Assembly (NCBI RefSeq): GCF_021028975.2
Contig: NC_059436.1
Coordinates: 25,730,001 to 25,794,000 of the forward strand
DNA length: 64,000 nucleotides
Reading direction: 5' to 3'
DNA from: Sphaerodactylus townsendi
Taxonomy: Eukaryota
Below the pieces are notes generated by a model, which saw only the letters and a list, made by a program, of their open reading frames with translations, was not told the DNA's origin and did not search any database. The translations under genes were made by a program, and so were the position numbers. Position 1 is the first letter of the stretch; each line of letters starts with the position of its first letter. This document shows, piece after piece, positions 1 to 13,800 of this stretch.

Positions 1-1849
1 TCTGAGCTGCTCAGCCGCCCGCTCCTTGTTCTCATGGAGTGTGAGGGAGATCTGGGCTCTGATCGAATCGGGCTGAACACTCTCCTCTTTCGTTTCCTCA
101 AAGTGACGGATGCAGCAGCGCCTCCTCCAGCAGCTCGACTCACAGAGGAAGGCAAGGTGACGGATTCAAAGATGCGGGAGTGGGCCTCGCTCGGAGTGAA
201 TCTCGGCGCTCGCAGCAGAGGGCTCCTCTTGTGCACATCAAACCTGGTCCCAGAGTGCAGAGGGGAAAATAAGCGTGTCGGAGCCGGGGCGCCAGCAGCT
301 GAGAAACTAGAAGCAAAACCAACATCCTCAGGGGTCAGTGGGGGAGGCCGGAAGTTATCAAATATGGGTTTGCGGATAAGTCCTTCTTTGGCATATTTTG
401 CTGAGGAAAAGTACTGAGGTTCAGACCTGGAGTGCTTCAGAGAGGTCCACCGGAACGTTGGCTCTCGCAGAATGGACTTCCGCTTCTCCTGCATGGGTGC
501 AGCAGAAGAGGGTAAGAAGGGTGAAGCCAAAGGGATTGTGGGGGGCATGAGCCAAGGGGCGTGCTCAGAGATGCTGGCAGCTGGTTGAAGGGGCGGGGGT
601 GGGGTCAGGAGGGGCGGGGGTGGAGAGGCAGAGGAGGACTGCTGCTGGGAGACACTCTGGAGGCTGGGCAGCTTTTTGGCTATCTTGGGTCCAAAACTGC
701 GCTCTGCCACAGAAAACCTCCTCCTCCTCCTCCGCCTCCTCCTCCTCCGCCTCCTCCTCCTCCGCTCACCACTCTCATTCTCAGGGGATGGGGAGTCAGG
801 CAGGGAAGAGGGAACTACCTCCGGAGTGTTGCTGCATTCTTCAGACAGTCCTTGCACCTCTTCTGAGGCCTGTGTATCAGTGGACGTGTCAACGCTGGGG
901 CTGCTGGACCGGGAGGAATCCGACGATGCCTGTGAGGAGTGACGGGAGGCCCCGCTGGACTTCTCACTGGATTCACAGGAGGTGGCACTGAACCGGGTGT
1001 TCGGTGTCGACTCCAAGCGGGCGATTTTGACGGGTGGGTCGTAGTCCTCATCTTCAATGAAGCGCTTGGGAGTTTTAATGATTCGGGAAGAGATGGCGCT
1101 CACCACTGGCATGATGAACTGGCGGATATTTTTGAGCTGAGTTCTTGCCTTGCGTCCCTGCAGCTTTGCTGCTTCTTTCTCAATCTTTTTCTGGGCCCCC
1201 TTTTTTGCCTTCTGCAAGAGTTGCTTAGCAATGGTGGCGTCTGTTCTCTTGGAGGAAGGGATGATCCTCACGGGCTTGATCCTGCGAGGGCTCTGCCGGA
1301 CTGCAGGCTTTTCTTCTTTGGGAAGCAGCGACACGCCGTCTTTCTCCTTTCTGATCCGCTGGGCTCTGTCCAGCTGAGAACTCTCCGCTGTAGCCAGAGC
1401 AGCATTCAAGCGATCGGAAGATGGTGGCCGGCCTCTCCGACGCACCAGCTGTACACTTTTTCTTCCAAGGTGGAGCTTGCCAGATTTGAATTTAGACTTC
1501 AGCGGAGAGAGCTTGCCTGCTCGCAGCTTCTTGATTTTTGTTGCATGCTGAAAGGCCGTAGACGGTGCCCGCTTCACTTTCTTTAGATTCTCCTTTTCCT
1601 CCTTGCCCCTCTTTTGAGCATCTGCTGTGCCCTTCATGTGTCTGATTTTGAACTTCATGCTGCCAAGGGCAGGAGGCCTCCCTCGTCGTTTTTCTTCACT
1701 TTTCAGTTCGTTCTTCTGTACTTTTTCTGTGGGTGTGAGTTCTGGTCTGTTTGAAGGGGAATAAGTTGTGGAGGACTCGGAGAGCATGGTTGAACTTCGG
1801 TCCAAGCTGTTTCTGGGTCTCCCACGTGGCTTCCTTGTATTAGACTTGG
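1..1849 (-). CDS. KMT2A: KMT2A large exon 3 (partial), AT-hook region
   Basis: Acceptor ctcag|CC AAG TCT; continuous frame to ...[12 protein letters not shown] at the window edge. Confidence 0.96.
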
Positions 1850-4800
1850 CTGAGGTTAAAGGAGGAGAAGAAGGACAAAGGGAAGAGTGAATGTTAAGCG
1901 TTTCTACATCCTGCCACAGGCTCCTTCCAGGAATGCCTAAGTGTCCTGCATTGATAAGTCGCACAACACAGCCCACTGCAAATGAACTACTGTGAGGTAA
2001 GGTAAAGTATACGGAGCAGTGTAATGATCAGGCTCTGCCCCTGGAAAAATTCCTCTTTCTAGCTGATTGTAGTGGATTAGTTGTCCCCAAGACTCTTAAA
2101 GTGACAATAAAACAGGAACAGTAGCTTTGGAGATAGTTCACAACTTCCTCTCATATTTTCCCAGAACCATCTGAAATATTACATCTGAAAGATCAAGAAT
2201 AGTTCTCAGGGCAACCCTGGCCGGGGGCTGAAGGAAGGGACTTGGCAGCCTCCTCCAAATCTGAAACGATCTGAGTACTCAGACAGAAACACCATCGGCT
2301 GGGAGAATATGTTCAGCCACTGCTTACTGCATGGACCTGACTGCAGAGAGCCATTCAGGCCAGTGGAATTACACCACCCCAGGTCTCAGGTACTAAGCAG
2401 GGCTGGGCAAGGTTAGTACTTGGGTGGGAGACCACTAAGGAAGTCCAGGGTTGCTACACAGAGGCAGGCAGTGACAAACCACCTCTGAACGTCTCTGGCC
2501 TTGAAAAGCCCATGATGGGCTGCCATAAATCGGCTGTGACTTGATCGGGAAAAACAATTCAGCCAGTTCCTGTGAACAGCCCATTCCGCAGTCTAAGTTT
2601 ACCTGTGGAAGATTTGGTGGGACTTTGTCCTTTAGCTTCATCATCTGAACCAAAGCCCAGGAACTGCTCATCCTGCACACACACAAAAAAGGTGGGGGGA
2701 GGGAATAGGAGGTTTATGCAGGTCAAGTGGACAGTTCTACATAATTGGGGATTGAAAAGCAATTATAGTAACAATACTTCTGTACAGTGTTATGTCAGAC
2801 AAATGTGCAGCAATGGCTGCTTGACGCTGAAGAAGCGTTCTTTACGCACCACAAGAGAGACGCCCAGGTCCAATGGTGGACCACGGGACACCCATGTGTA
2901 ATAAATCTGATGAGCATGCCCAGAGGCTGCTCTGCCCTGAAAGCAAAGCTCTCTCACTAACACTTGCCCATTATGCACAACAGGAGGAAAAATAAGGAAG
3001 AAGCTACTTCCTGCGCACAGGACCAGAAAAAAGGCCACACTCTTCCAGAAGAAGCCCCTCTGGATCACGCAAGTGGAAGGACCTCCTCATACTAATAATG
3101 CTATAAAATAATTCTGTATTCCCAAGTAAGCTGTGGACCACCCCAAATATTGCACCTTGGGTACTGCGCCCTGTGAAGAGACGTGAAGCTCAAACCAGGT
3201 AGAATCCCCAAAGTGTGCAGTTATATGATTTACTGAACCCCAAAGCTTATTCTGGGTGCAGAGCTTCCAAAAACCTGGGAGCCAATTTCAGCCTTGCTAA
3301 AAAGTAACCAGGTGTCACCAGGAATCACCTATTTCAACCCCAGACTACAAGCAGCACCTGAAAGAAATGAGGGAGGGGGAACCTCCAGCCAGCTTCACAG
3401 GTGACGTCCTTGCAAACCTTTTCCATACACCTTCCTTGCCCTGGTCTTGATGCTGCCAGGAGGCAGGTTTTTCCCAGCTTTGCACAGGACAATGGTGCAC
3501 CTGTGCCCCTCTTGGGGCTTCCCTTGCTTTTATCTTTGAGGGTGTAAACAGGCATGTGGACAGGGGTGAACCGGTGGACATTGTCTACTTGGATTTCCAA
3601 AAGGCTTTTGACAAAGTTCCTCACCAGAGACTGTTGAGAAAACTCAGCAATGAAGGAATAAGAGGGGAAGTCGTCCTATGGATTAAAAACTGGTTGAGAA
3701 ACAGGAAACAAAGAGTGGGTGTAAATGGGAGGTTCTCACAATGGAGAGATGTCGGGAGTGGTGCCCCCCAAGGATCCGTTTTGGGACCAGTGCTCTTTAA
3801 CCTATTCATAAATGACCTGGAAGTAGGGGTGGGTAGCGTGGTGGCCAAGTTTGCAGATGATACCAAATTATGTAGGGATTGGGTGAGAACCAAAAAGGAT
3901 TGCCAACACCTCTTGATCAATTAGGTGAGTGGCCTCACAAATGGCAAATGCAGTTCAATGTAGCAAAATGTAAGAGTGCGATGCACATAGGGGCAAAAAA
4001 TCCAAACTTCACATACACGCTACAGCAGGGTCAGTGCTATCAGTCACAGACCAGGAAAGTGAGGATTTAGGCGTCTTAGTTGGTAGTAGTTCCATGGGAA
4101 TGTGCAACTCAATGCCATGGCAGCTGTGAAAAAAAGAGCAAACTCTAATGCTGGGGATCATTAGGAAAGGGAGATTGATAATAAAACTGCAAAGATTGTC
4201 AATAAGTGCCCTTATATAAAAGCAGTGGTGCGACCCAAGCACTTAGAGTAACTGTGTCCAGCGTTCTGGTCAGCTGCAAGATCTCAAAAAAAAAGATATT
4301 TGAGGGAGATAGAAAAGTGCAGAGAAGGGCAACAAGGATGATTGAGGGACTGGAGCACCTTCCCTATATGAGGGAGAGAGGCTGCAGCGTTTGGAACTCC
4401 TTTAGTTTGGAGAGGAGGCGGCTGAGGGGGGATATGCTTGAAGTCTACAAAATTATGCATCGGGTAGAAAATGTTGACAGAGAAATGTTTCTCTCTTTCT
4501 CACAATATTAGAACCAGGGGGGCATACATTGAAAATGCTGGGGGGAAGAATTAGGACTAATAAAAGGAAACACTTCTTTCAATGCTAACGTGTGATTGGT
4601 GTTTGGAATATGCTGCCACAGGGGAGGTGGTGATGGCCACTAACCTGGATAGCTTTAAAAGGGGCTTGGACAGATTTATGGAGGAGAAGTCGATTTATGG
4701 CTACCAATCTTGATCCTCCTTGATCTGAGATTGCAAATGCCTTAACAGACCAGGTGATCGGGAGCAACAGCCGCAGAAGGCCATTGCGTTCACATCCTAC

Positions 4801-7800
4801 ATGTGAGCTCCCAAAGGCACCTGGTGGGCCACTGCGAGTAGCAGAGAGCTGGACTAGATGGACTTTGGTCTGATCCAGCTGGCTTGTTCTTATGTTCTTC
4901 TTATGTTCTTATCTTATCTTTCCCAACCCTGCTTTGCTGCAAAGTTTTGAGGAAGAGGACAGTCAAACCTCAATGGCAGTCCTGTGAGGAGGGAAGTTCA
5001 CATGTTCCTGGTCCCACCCATAGGGTAGCCATTTCCCCATCCCCTGTCACCTGCTGCGCGCGGGGGAGGGGGGGAATGCTTTTTCAGGCAGCAAGGGAAC
5101 ACCTGGCTACTTTAAACCAATTCAAATCTCCAGGTCTTGATGAGATAAATCCCAGGGTATTAAAAGAACTAGCAGAAGCAATCTCAGAATCACTTGCTAT
5201 ATAGACTTTGAGAACTGGAGAACAAGTCCCAGTGGACTGGAGGAGAGCTAATGTTATCTCCAGCTTCAAAAAGGGAAAAAAGGAGGACCCTAATAATTAC
5301 CGTCCAGTCAGCCTGACATCAATATCAGGAAAGATTCTGGAGCAGATAATTAAACAGATGGTCTGCCAGCACTTAGAAGGGAATGCTGTGATTACAAAAA
5401 GTCAGCATGGGTTTTTGAAAAACAAGTCATGCCACACTAATCTTATCTTTTTTTTTAATGGAGTGTCAAGCTTGGTAGATGAAGGGAATGCATACCTTGA
5501 TTCTAGTAAAGATTTTGACAAGGTGCCCCAAAATATTCTTTCAAGTAAGCTAGTGAAATGTGGACGAGACAATGCTACTATTAGGTGAATTTCTAATTGG
5601 TTGACTGACTGAACTCAAAGGGTACTCATCAATGGCTCATCTTCATCCTGGAGTAAAGTGACTAGTGGGGTGCCACAGGGTTTTGTCCTGGGCCCAGTGC
5701 TATTCAATATTTTTTATCAACAACATGGATGATGGAATAGAAGTCATGCTAATGAAAATTTGCAGATGACGCCAAAATAGGGAGGGGTAGCTAACACCCC
5801 AGAGGACAGAGTCAGAGTTCAAAATGACCGTGACAGATCAGAGAGCTGGGCTAAACAAACAACATTAATTTAAACAGAGATAAGATACTACACTTAGGCA
5901 GAAAAAATGAAATACACAGATACAAGGTGGGTGACACCTGGTTTGACACACTACATGTGAAAGGAATCTGGGAGTCTGAGAAGACCACAACCTGAACATG
6001 AGTCAGCAGTGTGATGCAGCAGTCAAGAAAGCCAATGTGATTCTGGGCTGTATCAATAGGAGTGTAGTGTCGAGGGATGTAATTGTACCTCTGTATTTTG
6101 CATTATTTAGACCTCACCTAGAATATTGATCTCCTGCCTGCCCTGACTCTGGACTGTTTTGGACTATGCTTTTGCCTGTTACCTGCCCTGCCTCCAGCCT
6201 GACTCAACTGTGCCTCGCTTGCTGCCCACCTGGACTCTGGTCTGTCTGGCCACGCACTAGCTAGCACCTGCTGGCGACACCTTATTGGTTAATATAAAAC
6301 AATGTGGATACGTCAAAACAGCAATGAACCAGTAATTATTTTATTGTCAAAAATCATAGAAGCCACCCAATGGCAGTCTGCCACATCTCTATCACAAACA
6401 GAGGGTTCCACAAAATTTCACGTGGTTATTTAAAATATTGCTATTTCTCATCTCTGTATCCAAGGTCGCTTACAATATGGAAAATAATACATACATCCAC
6501 ATATATGCCTTTATTGGCATTAAACAATAAAATGAAATTGTCGAAGGCTTTCACGGCCGGAATCACTTGGGTGCTGTGTGGTTTCCGGGCTGTATGGCCG
6601 TGTTCTAGCAGCATTCTCTCCTGACGTTTCGCCTGCATCTGTGGCTGGCATCTTCAGAGGATCCTCCGAAGATGCCAGCCACAGATGCAGGCGAAACGTC
6701 AGGAGAGAATGCTGCTAGAACACGGCCATACAGCCCGGAAACCACACAGCACCCAAATAAAATGAAAGCCAGTAACACAATTAAAGTATTTAAAAAATCC
6801 AGAGTAAAATCAGCAATTAAAACAGCAGCAGCAGATCACAGAAGAGCAGAATAAATTATATACATTCCTAAAAGGTGTGCTATAAAACCCCCCATAGCCT
6901 CCAGTCACAAAGAGCAACAGTAGAAAATTGAGTCACTGCAGGGGATCAACTTCTGACCCTGGAAAGGGCGTGGGAGAGCAGAGAGATGCCTTGTGCAGAC
7001 CTCTGTTGCGCCAGCTCCATCCCTTTGCCTTCCTGATGGCAAAGGGAAAAAATGACCTTCCTTTGAAAGATAAATAGCTGCCAAGTTAGTGAAGGAAGGA
7101 CTGAAGGGGTGGAATAGATAGAGCAGACTGTCCATTCAGAACCTCAAAAGGAGCCCGGTTGCACAGAAATGACCAACAGATTTTGTCTGCAGCAGGCGTG
7201 TTTTTGCCCTTTCTGTGCTTTTAGGCACCTTATTATCATCAGTTCTTCAAAAGACTCTGCAATGCTTGGAAGCAGTTATAGTCAAGGCCACAAGGCAGCA
7301 CACGCGTCTGCTGAGCCCGAGTTTCGGAAGAAGCAAGAGGCTCTAATGTACTGTAACCAGCATTCACACAGACAACAAGCGTTCACACAGCCTGCCTTGG
7401 ATAGTTCCACTTCTTCAGCACCAGGATGGTGAGACAGCACCTCCAGCACTGGAAAAAGAAGCAGCCATGTGAAGAGGCAACGCCTTGGCTGGGAGCTGCC
7501 AGACAGAGCAAGGCACCTGTAGGCTGCCGGGGGCTGCTTCCTGCATGCCCCTTCCAAAGCCAGGCTGTGGCATCATACAGAGAGGGGGCAGAAGCCAAGC
7601 CATCCAACCAGGCAAGGGGGGGGGAGGACGGGAAGGCCCGGCTGTCTCCTGCTCCCAGCACAACCTGCAGGGCTCCTCTGAGTGCCCTGCAGAAGGAGGA
7701 CAAAACCGAAAACCATTTCTCCTGCCCAAATTCTACCCAACAGGCTGATCTTCACTTTTTATCTTTGACTTTAGTTATAGTCCACCTTTTGCACTAAGAT

Positions 7801-10800
7801 TCAAGCCAGGTGCCCCGGTGAAAAACCGTCCTGACCAACTGCATCCACAATGCTAGAAACAAGTACTACAATACTGAGTATTGGACATGATATATCATGT
7901 GATATACAGATAAGGCCTCTTATCCACTGTGGCTCAGCCCACAGTCCCATTCTAAAAGTGCCATCCTGAACCACTCCAAATACAAACATCCCTTCCTGCA
8001 CATTTCTGTTTTACTGAGCGTTGGATTCAAAGGACGCTTTCCCGCAGCAGAGAAGCACTTTCCAGCCTTCCCATTTCCCTGATCAACACAAAAGGCGGAG
8101 TACAGGCGTCAACAGCAGGAAGACGGAATCAGAAGACATTTTCGTTAATGGAAATTTTAGTCTGGATCCAACCCATAGTGTGCAGAATGAAAGCCTTGTT
8201 AAGAGGCAGATCACTCCACCACAGAGAATGCAGGGGTCTGGGCAGATGTCAGCTTGACCCACTTGTAGAGGGGCTCCTGCAGGAGAGACAGGGCCAAATT
8301 GGTCCAGGAGATTTGAGGGTCAAAAAGGGCATAAAAGGGCATTGTATGCAAATGAACCTAGTAACTGAGGGAGTGTGGAGGGACTGCAGAATATGCACAC
8401 TCCGCCTGGCTCCCAATAGTAACAGCTGGAGTTGACCTCAAAGAGATTACATTACAATAGTCTTGAGTGGCATGGATCCACATGGCCACAACCACCACAG
8501 CAAATAAGTTGGAAGACAGAGGCAGTTGCCTTTGCTTCCTTCCCCTGCCATATTGGGTCCAGTATAATCCCTAGATGTTTAACTAAGGCAGACATGGCCA
8601 GCTGGACCCCATCAAATGGAGGAAGCAGAAGGTCCTTCAAGACCTCTTCTGCCTTCCCAATTAGCATCAGCCCTGTCTCATCAGGATTTGGGTTCCATTT
8701 TTTCATCCTCCGCTCGTCTCCAGCAGGAATGTTCTGAGCCCGGTCAATGAGAAATGGCTGACATCAATCCAAAGCACACTCCTGATTCCTCAATTAGATG
8801 ACAGGCTCCTCAGTATCAAAAGCTGCTGAGAAATCCTGTTAGAACATGGAAGAGGAGCAGCTCTTGTCTATGGAGGACACCAACGAAAATTACCAGGCAG
8901 GAGTCCGAAAGACCCTCTGGGACCTCTTCATCTGATTCTTCCTCCTTCCCATCCTGTGGCAGCTCTGCTTGGCAAGTGACAGCTTTAAGATCTTTAGGGC
9001 GTTAAGAGAAGCAAGGGATGGTGAGAGATGCACCACCACCAACTGCTGGAAGAATGCCTAGAACCAGGGGGCATCCATTGAAAATGCTGGGGGGAAGAAT
9101 TAGGACTAATAAAAGGAAACACTTCTTCACGCAACGTGGCAGTTGAATTATTTGGAATATGCTGCCACAGGAGGTGATGATGGCCACTAACCTGGATGGC
9201 TTTAAGGGGGGCTTGGACAGATTTATGGAGGAGAAGTCGATTTATGGCTACCAATCTTGATCCTCTTTGATCTGAGATTGCAAATGCCTTAGCAGACCAG
9301 GTGCTCGGGAGCAACAGCCGCAGAAGGCTATTGCTTTCACCTCCTGCATGTGAGCTCCCAAAGGCACCTGGTGGGCCACTGCGAGTAGCAGAGAGCTGGA
9401 CTAGATGGACTCTGGTCTGATCCAGTTGGCTTGTTCTTATGTTCTTATGGTGTTCCCCCTCTTGCTCACATATTCACTGGTGCGTATGGAGTGTGTGGTG
9501 TGTGTTACTGTTCTCTGGTGGTCTTGGAACTTCCAGGGACCCTGTACGGCTGCCAAGAATTCTGCTAGCTTTTGATCGTATGGCTACTGCTGGGGTGACA
9601 AGATTGCTGCTAGTTAGGCGCAAAACACCAACTGTATTATGCCCGCATTCCCCCTGCTGCGACAGGACCATAGGATTGAACTGCATGTCCAATGTGCTCG
9701 ACAAGAATGGGAAAACTACTTATTTTAAAAAATTAGTCCTCTCCTTTGGAAGAAATGCAAGGGCTTTTACATGGTGTAGTTTTAAATCAGATTGGCTGTT
9801 TTTAGTTGTACATTTTAAACAACTTGTAAAAGGCCACGGCTCAGTGGCAGAGCACCTGCTTTGCACACAGAAGCCCCCCCCTCCCCCCCCGGAATTCTAA
9901 TCCCCAGTACCTCAGGCTAAAAGAACTGCAGGCAACATTTGCTAGAAATCAGCTTCCTGTGTTTGCACACATTTGATGCACTCAGTGCCTTCACGTGGCC
10001 CATTGAATCCCTCCTTTTCTCATCCACAGCCATGCCTTACTGGGCCAGTCTTGCTGAAGAGCACACTTGGCTCCAGCCCTCTGGGAAGTGGTGCTGCTGA
10101 CAGCCTTGGGATAAAGCTGCTCGGTTAAGCACTGACAGGCTGCAAGAGAGGAGCCCCATTTACTCGCCTGTCACAAATCACTGCCTCCTCCAAAGGGTGA
10201 CGCAGGCCCAAGTGGCCACTCCCACACAAGCCTTCCTTCAGAGGTCTCCGTGCCTCTCCTGGCCCAGGCCTCTAGAAAGGGGCCAGTGGGCAGGACTGGT
10301 GGCAGCTGCTGGTGGTTAGGAAGACCCAGGAAAGTCTCCAGCAGCCTGGCAAGGGTGGGGAAGCCTTCCTGGGCATCCGGAATGGTCTATAGTTCTGTAG
10401 GCTGCACATAAGAACCCCGGAAAAACACAGGTCTCCTCTGCCAATCATATCACGCTTGGAGCCACGCCAGGTGCAACTGTGTCCTTGTGTCTGCCATGGG
10501 GCCCCAGCCACCAATTTACAGCCTAACATGGGAAATTCAAAAATGTAAAGGGCCCAATCCTGAGGCAGAATGCACTTTGGCCCCCCACCCCCAGTGCCCC
10601 TTTAAGTGTTGAAACAGCATGGCATGGTAGATAAGAGCAGCTGGTTCTAATCTGGAGAACTGGGTTTGTTTCCCCTCTCCTCCACATGGAGCCTACTGGG
10701 CGACCTTGGGCTAGTCACAGTTCTCTCAGAATTCTCTCAGCCCCACCAACCTCACAAGGTGTCTGTTATGGGGAGGAGAAGGCGATTGTCAGCTGCTTTG

Positions 10801-13800
10801 AGACTACTTAAAGGTAAAGAAAAGTGGGGTATAAAAACCAGCTCTTCTTCTTTTTCTTCATTCAGCAGTTGAAAGAAAGGGTGTGTGGGTGAGGGAATCC
10901 ACTCCAGCACTTCTAAACCACCCATGGTCATCTATAAAATGGGGGTGGCATGCCCAGGTCCAACCAGTCACAAAGCAGAATTCAGCCACATCAGATGTCC
11001 TCCGGCTTTACCAGTAGGAAAAAAATACTTACAGTAGAAAACCTATTCTGGTCATTAGGAAATGTGCAAGAACGCAGGACCATAAGAAGTTGCCTAACCC
11101 TACTGAATCAGTCCCCTGGTCCACCATAGTCGTGTCCATGCAGGCTGGCAGTGGCTTTCCAGGGTCCCAGGCAGAGATCTTTCATATTCCTTCCTGGGAG
11201 AAACTGAGGATTATGCCTGGGACCACAGGGTTGCTAAGCAGGGGCTCTACTGCGGAACCACACCCCTCCCCGACAATCATCATCTGGTTTGTGATGCTGC
11301 GCAGAGACATCTTCTGCTAAAAATACTGCGTTAAGACTTCATCCTGAACAGTTAAGCATAATGCTATTACATCCACAAAAAATGAACCACAGAGTTTGAA
11401 AAGGCTACCAGAACCTTCGAGTCCAACCTCCTGCCGTGCTGAAATACACAGTCAAAGCACCCCTGACAGGCCATCAAGCCCCTGTTTAAAAACTTGCAAA
11501 GGAGGAGACTCCATCATCCTCTGAGGCAGCATATTCCACTCTAGAACAGCCGTTACCCTCAGAAAGTTCTTCCTAATATTTAGGGTAGAATCTCTTATCC
11601 TGAAAAACCCATTACTCCTGGTCCTAGTCTCTGGACTGGCAGAAAACAAGCTTGCTCCCTCTTGTACATGACATTCCTTCAAATGTTTAAACATGATTAT
11701 CATGTCACCCCTTAGCTTTCCAAACTAAGCATACCTGGCTTCCTCAGTATGGTGCGATATAAATTCTTGCCTTCATGTATTTTAACAACAGCAGTTCTTC
11801 ACAGCCTAACACATCTTAACCCACAGATATTTTGTTTTGGAAATGGAGCTGCATTAGCTTTCTCTCCCAGTCCTGCCTTCCCATCAGCCATAGACAATGA
11901 GTTGCATCCCAACAGCTTTCCCTACATTGCCAAAGGGATGAAAGAATTTCTGTATTTTTTTAAAAAGGGGGTCTGGGTTTAGATCAGGAGACTTGAATGA
12001 ATAAAAGCAACGTGTGGCAGAAAAGTTGGCTGGATCCAATCTGACAGACCCCAAGATTTCAAAGGAAAACCAGCATCTTAGCGGAGCCTTTAAGTGTAAG
12101 TACGTATCACTGGAGACCAAGATCATGATTACTGGGTATTCCAAATTATTCTGCATGGATGAGAATGTTGAATGGTGAAAAAAGATGCCATGAAGAAAAC
12201 TGATTAATTTGAAACTAGCATTAAAGCCCCTTGAGTGGGGAAAATGCACAAAGCTCTAGAAAAGTGGTGGGTGGTGGGGGACAAGCAAGCATTTCATCCT
12301 GCAATGGGCTGTTGCTTTACTTGCCTTCCCAACTATTGATGAGCCTCAAAGATGTGTTGGTCCCAAGACACCAGCGGCAGCTTTGGTAAGTGTTGAAAGC
12401 TGCTGGGGGTGGGGTGGGGTGTGCGTGCGTGCGTGTGGCAGAAACAGGGAGGGTGGAAGTTGGGTCTGGGATAGGGAATGAAAAGCCCACTGGCGAGGCA
12501 GCATGGAGGGGGTCTGCCGGCAGAGAAGGTGGGTGTTTGGAGGCTGGAAGAGGGCTGTGGGGGAATGGGAAGGCCGCTGGGTGCTGATGTGAACGTACTT
12601 TGTATTAAACTGATGTGAATGGTCAATAATGCTGGGAAAAGTTAAAGGCAGTAGGAAAGAGAAAGACCCACCAGGAGTGGGATTGATTCTGTAAAGGAAA
12701 CCACAGACCTGGGAAAGATTGTTAATGATAGGATATTTTTGCCAGAAGTGACTTCATAGCATACAACACACACGCCAAGAGTCTTGAGTTCTGCCAACTC
12801 AGTATGTTAAAACATAATGTTTCAGGGGACCTGTAGAACTATTATTCCAAGGTTGTTATTAGTAATTTAAATAATAGTTCTACAGCTAAGTTTATTGTAT
12901 GCCATCACTGCTTTACCGCAAGCTTTCACAGTTGTTGACAAAAGTAAAAGATCAAACATTCAACAATAAACATCTTCCAAAATCAGCCTTTAACAGGTTT
13001 CCAATTTAATTAGCCAGGCCACAATTCCAAAGAACTGTTGTAAGAACAGAAAGATCATGCTGAATGTAAAATGACCTAAAAATAACTTGCATACACACAC
13101 ACTCTTTCTCTAATACGCTGGTATATAATTGTAATTTGTAAGTTAATTTAAGACAGCTCATTATTTTTCTTGATTGCTCTTCCGGGGAAAACTTAAGTCT
13201 CCCTTTCAAGTAAACATGTCTAGTTTTTCTTTTGCCTCCTAAAGAAGCAGCTTAAAGCACAGGAGGATTCAGATGGTTGAAAGAGGCCCCTTGCAGTATT
13301 GCAGATCAAAATGATTTAGCTTCCAAGGTCAAACCAGCAACTTGAAGTGAGAAACATATACACAATCACTGTTGGCACATGTGCTACATGCACCCTTTGG
13401 CTGAACAGTGTTTCTGAACAGTCTTCAAGGGCAGCCCCACCCATCACAACTAAAGGAGAAGCTGCATCAGCAGCCTGAATGGCAAGGCCAGAGCCTCTCT
13501 ACGGCAGCAGTCAGTCTGCATAGGGCTGCACTAGCTATACTCACCAAAGGTCCTCTGAACTCCACACACCACAAGTCAGATTTTGGGGGGAGGGAGTGGA
13601 TTCACCCCACCCAGGGATTTCTCCACTCCCCACCCTCTTCCCGGACCCGGCTGCAGCCCGCTCACCGTCCTCCAGGCAGCGGCTGATCATTCTGGGCACC
13701 TGTTCAGGGCCTCCAGGGCTTTCCCCGAGTCCGTAAAACCAAGGAGCTGCTGGGCCTCCTCAGCCCACCGGGCAGGGACTCTGCGCCGTCAGCCCTGCGC

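Noticed and set aside
34-1586. Plus-strand ORFs over KMT2A exon 3
   Set aside because: Antisense shadows of the KMT2A frame
2381-2470. 5S rRNA gene
   Set aside because: Partial, diverged and fused to a SINE body
3556-5588. Functional reverse transcriptase gene
   Set aside because: Two separate truncated, frameshifted CR1 fragments
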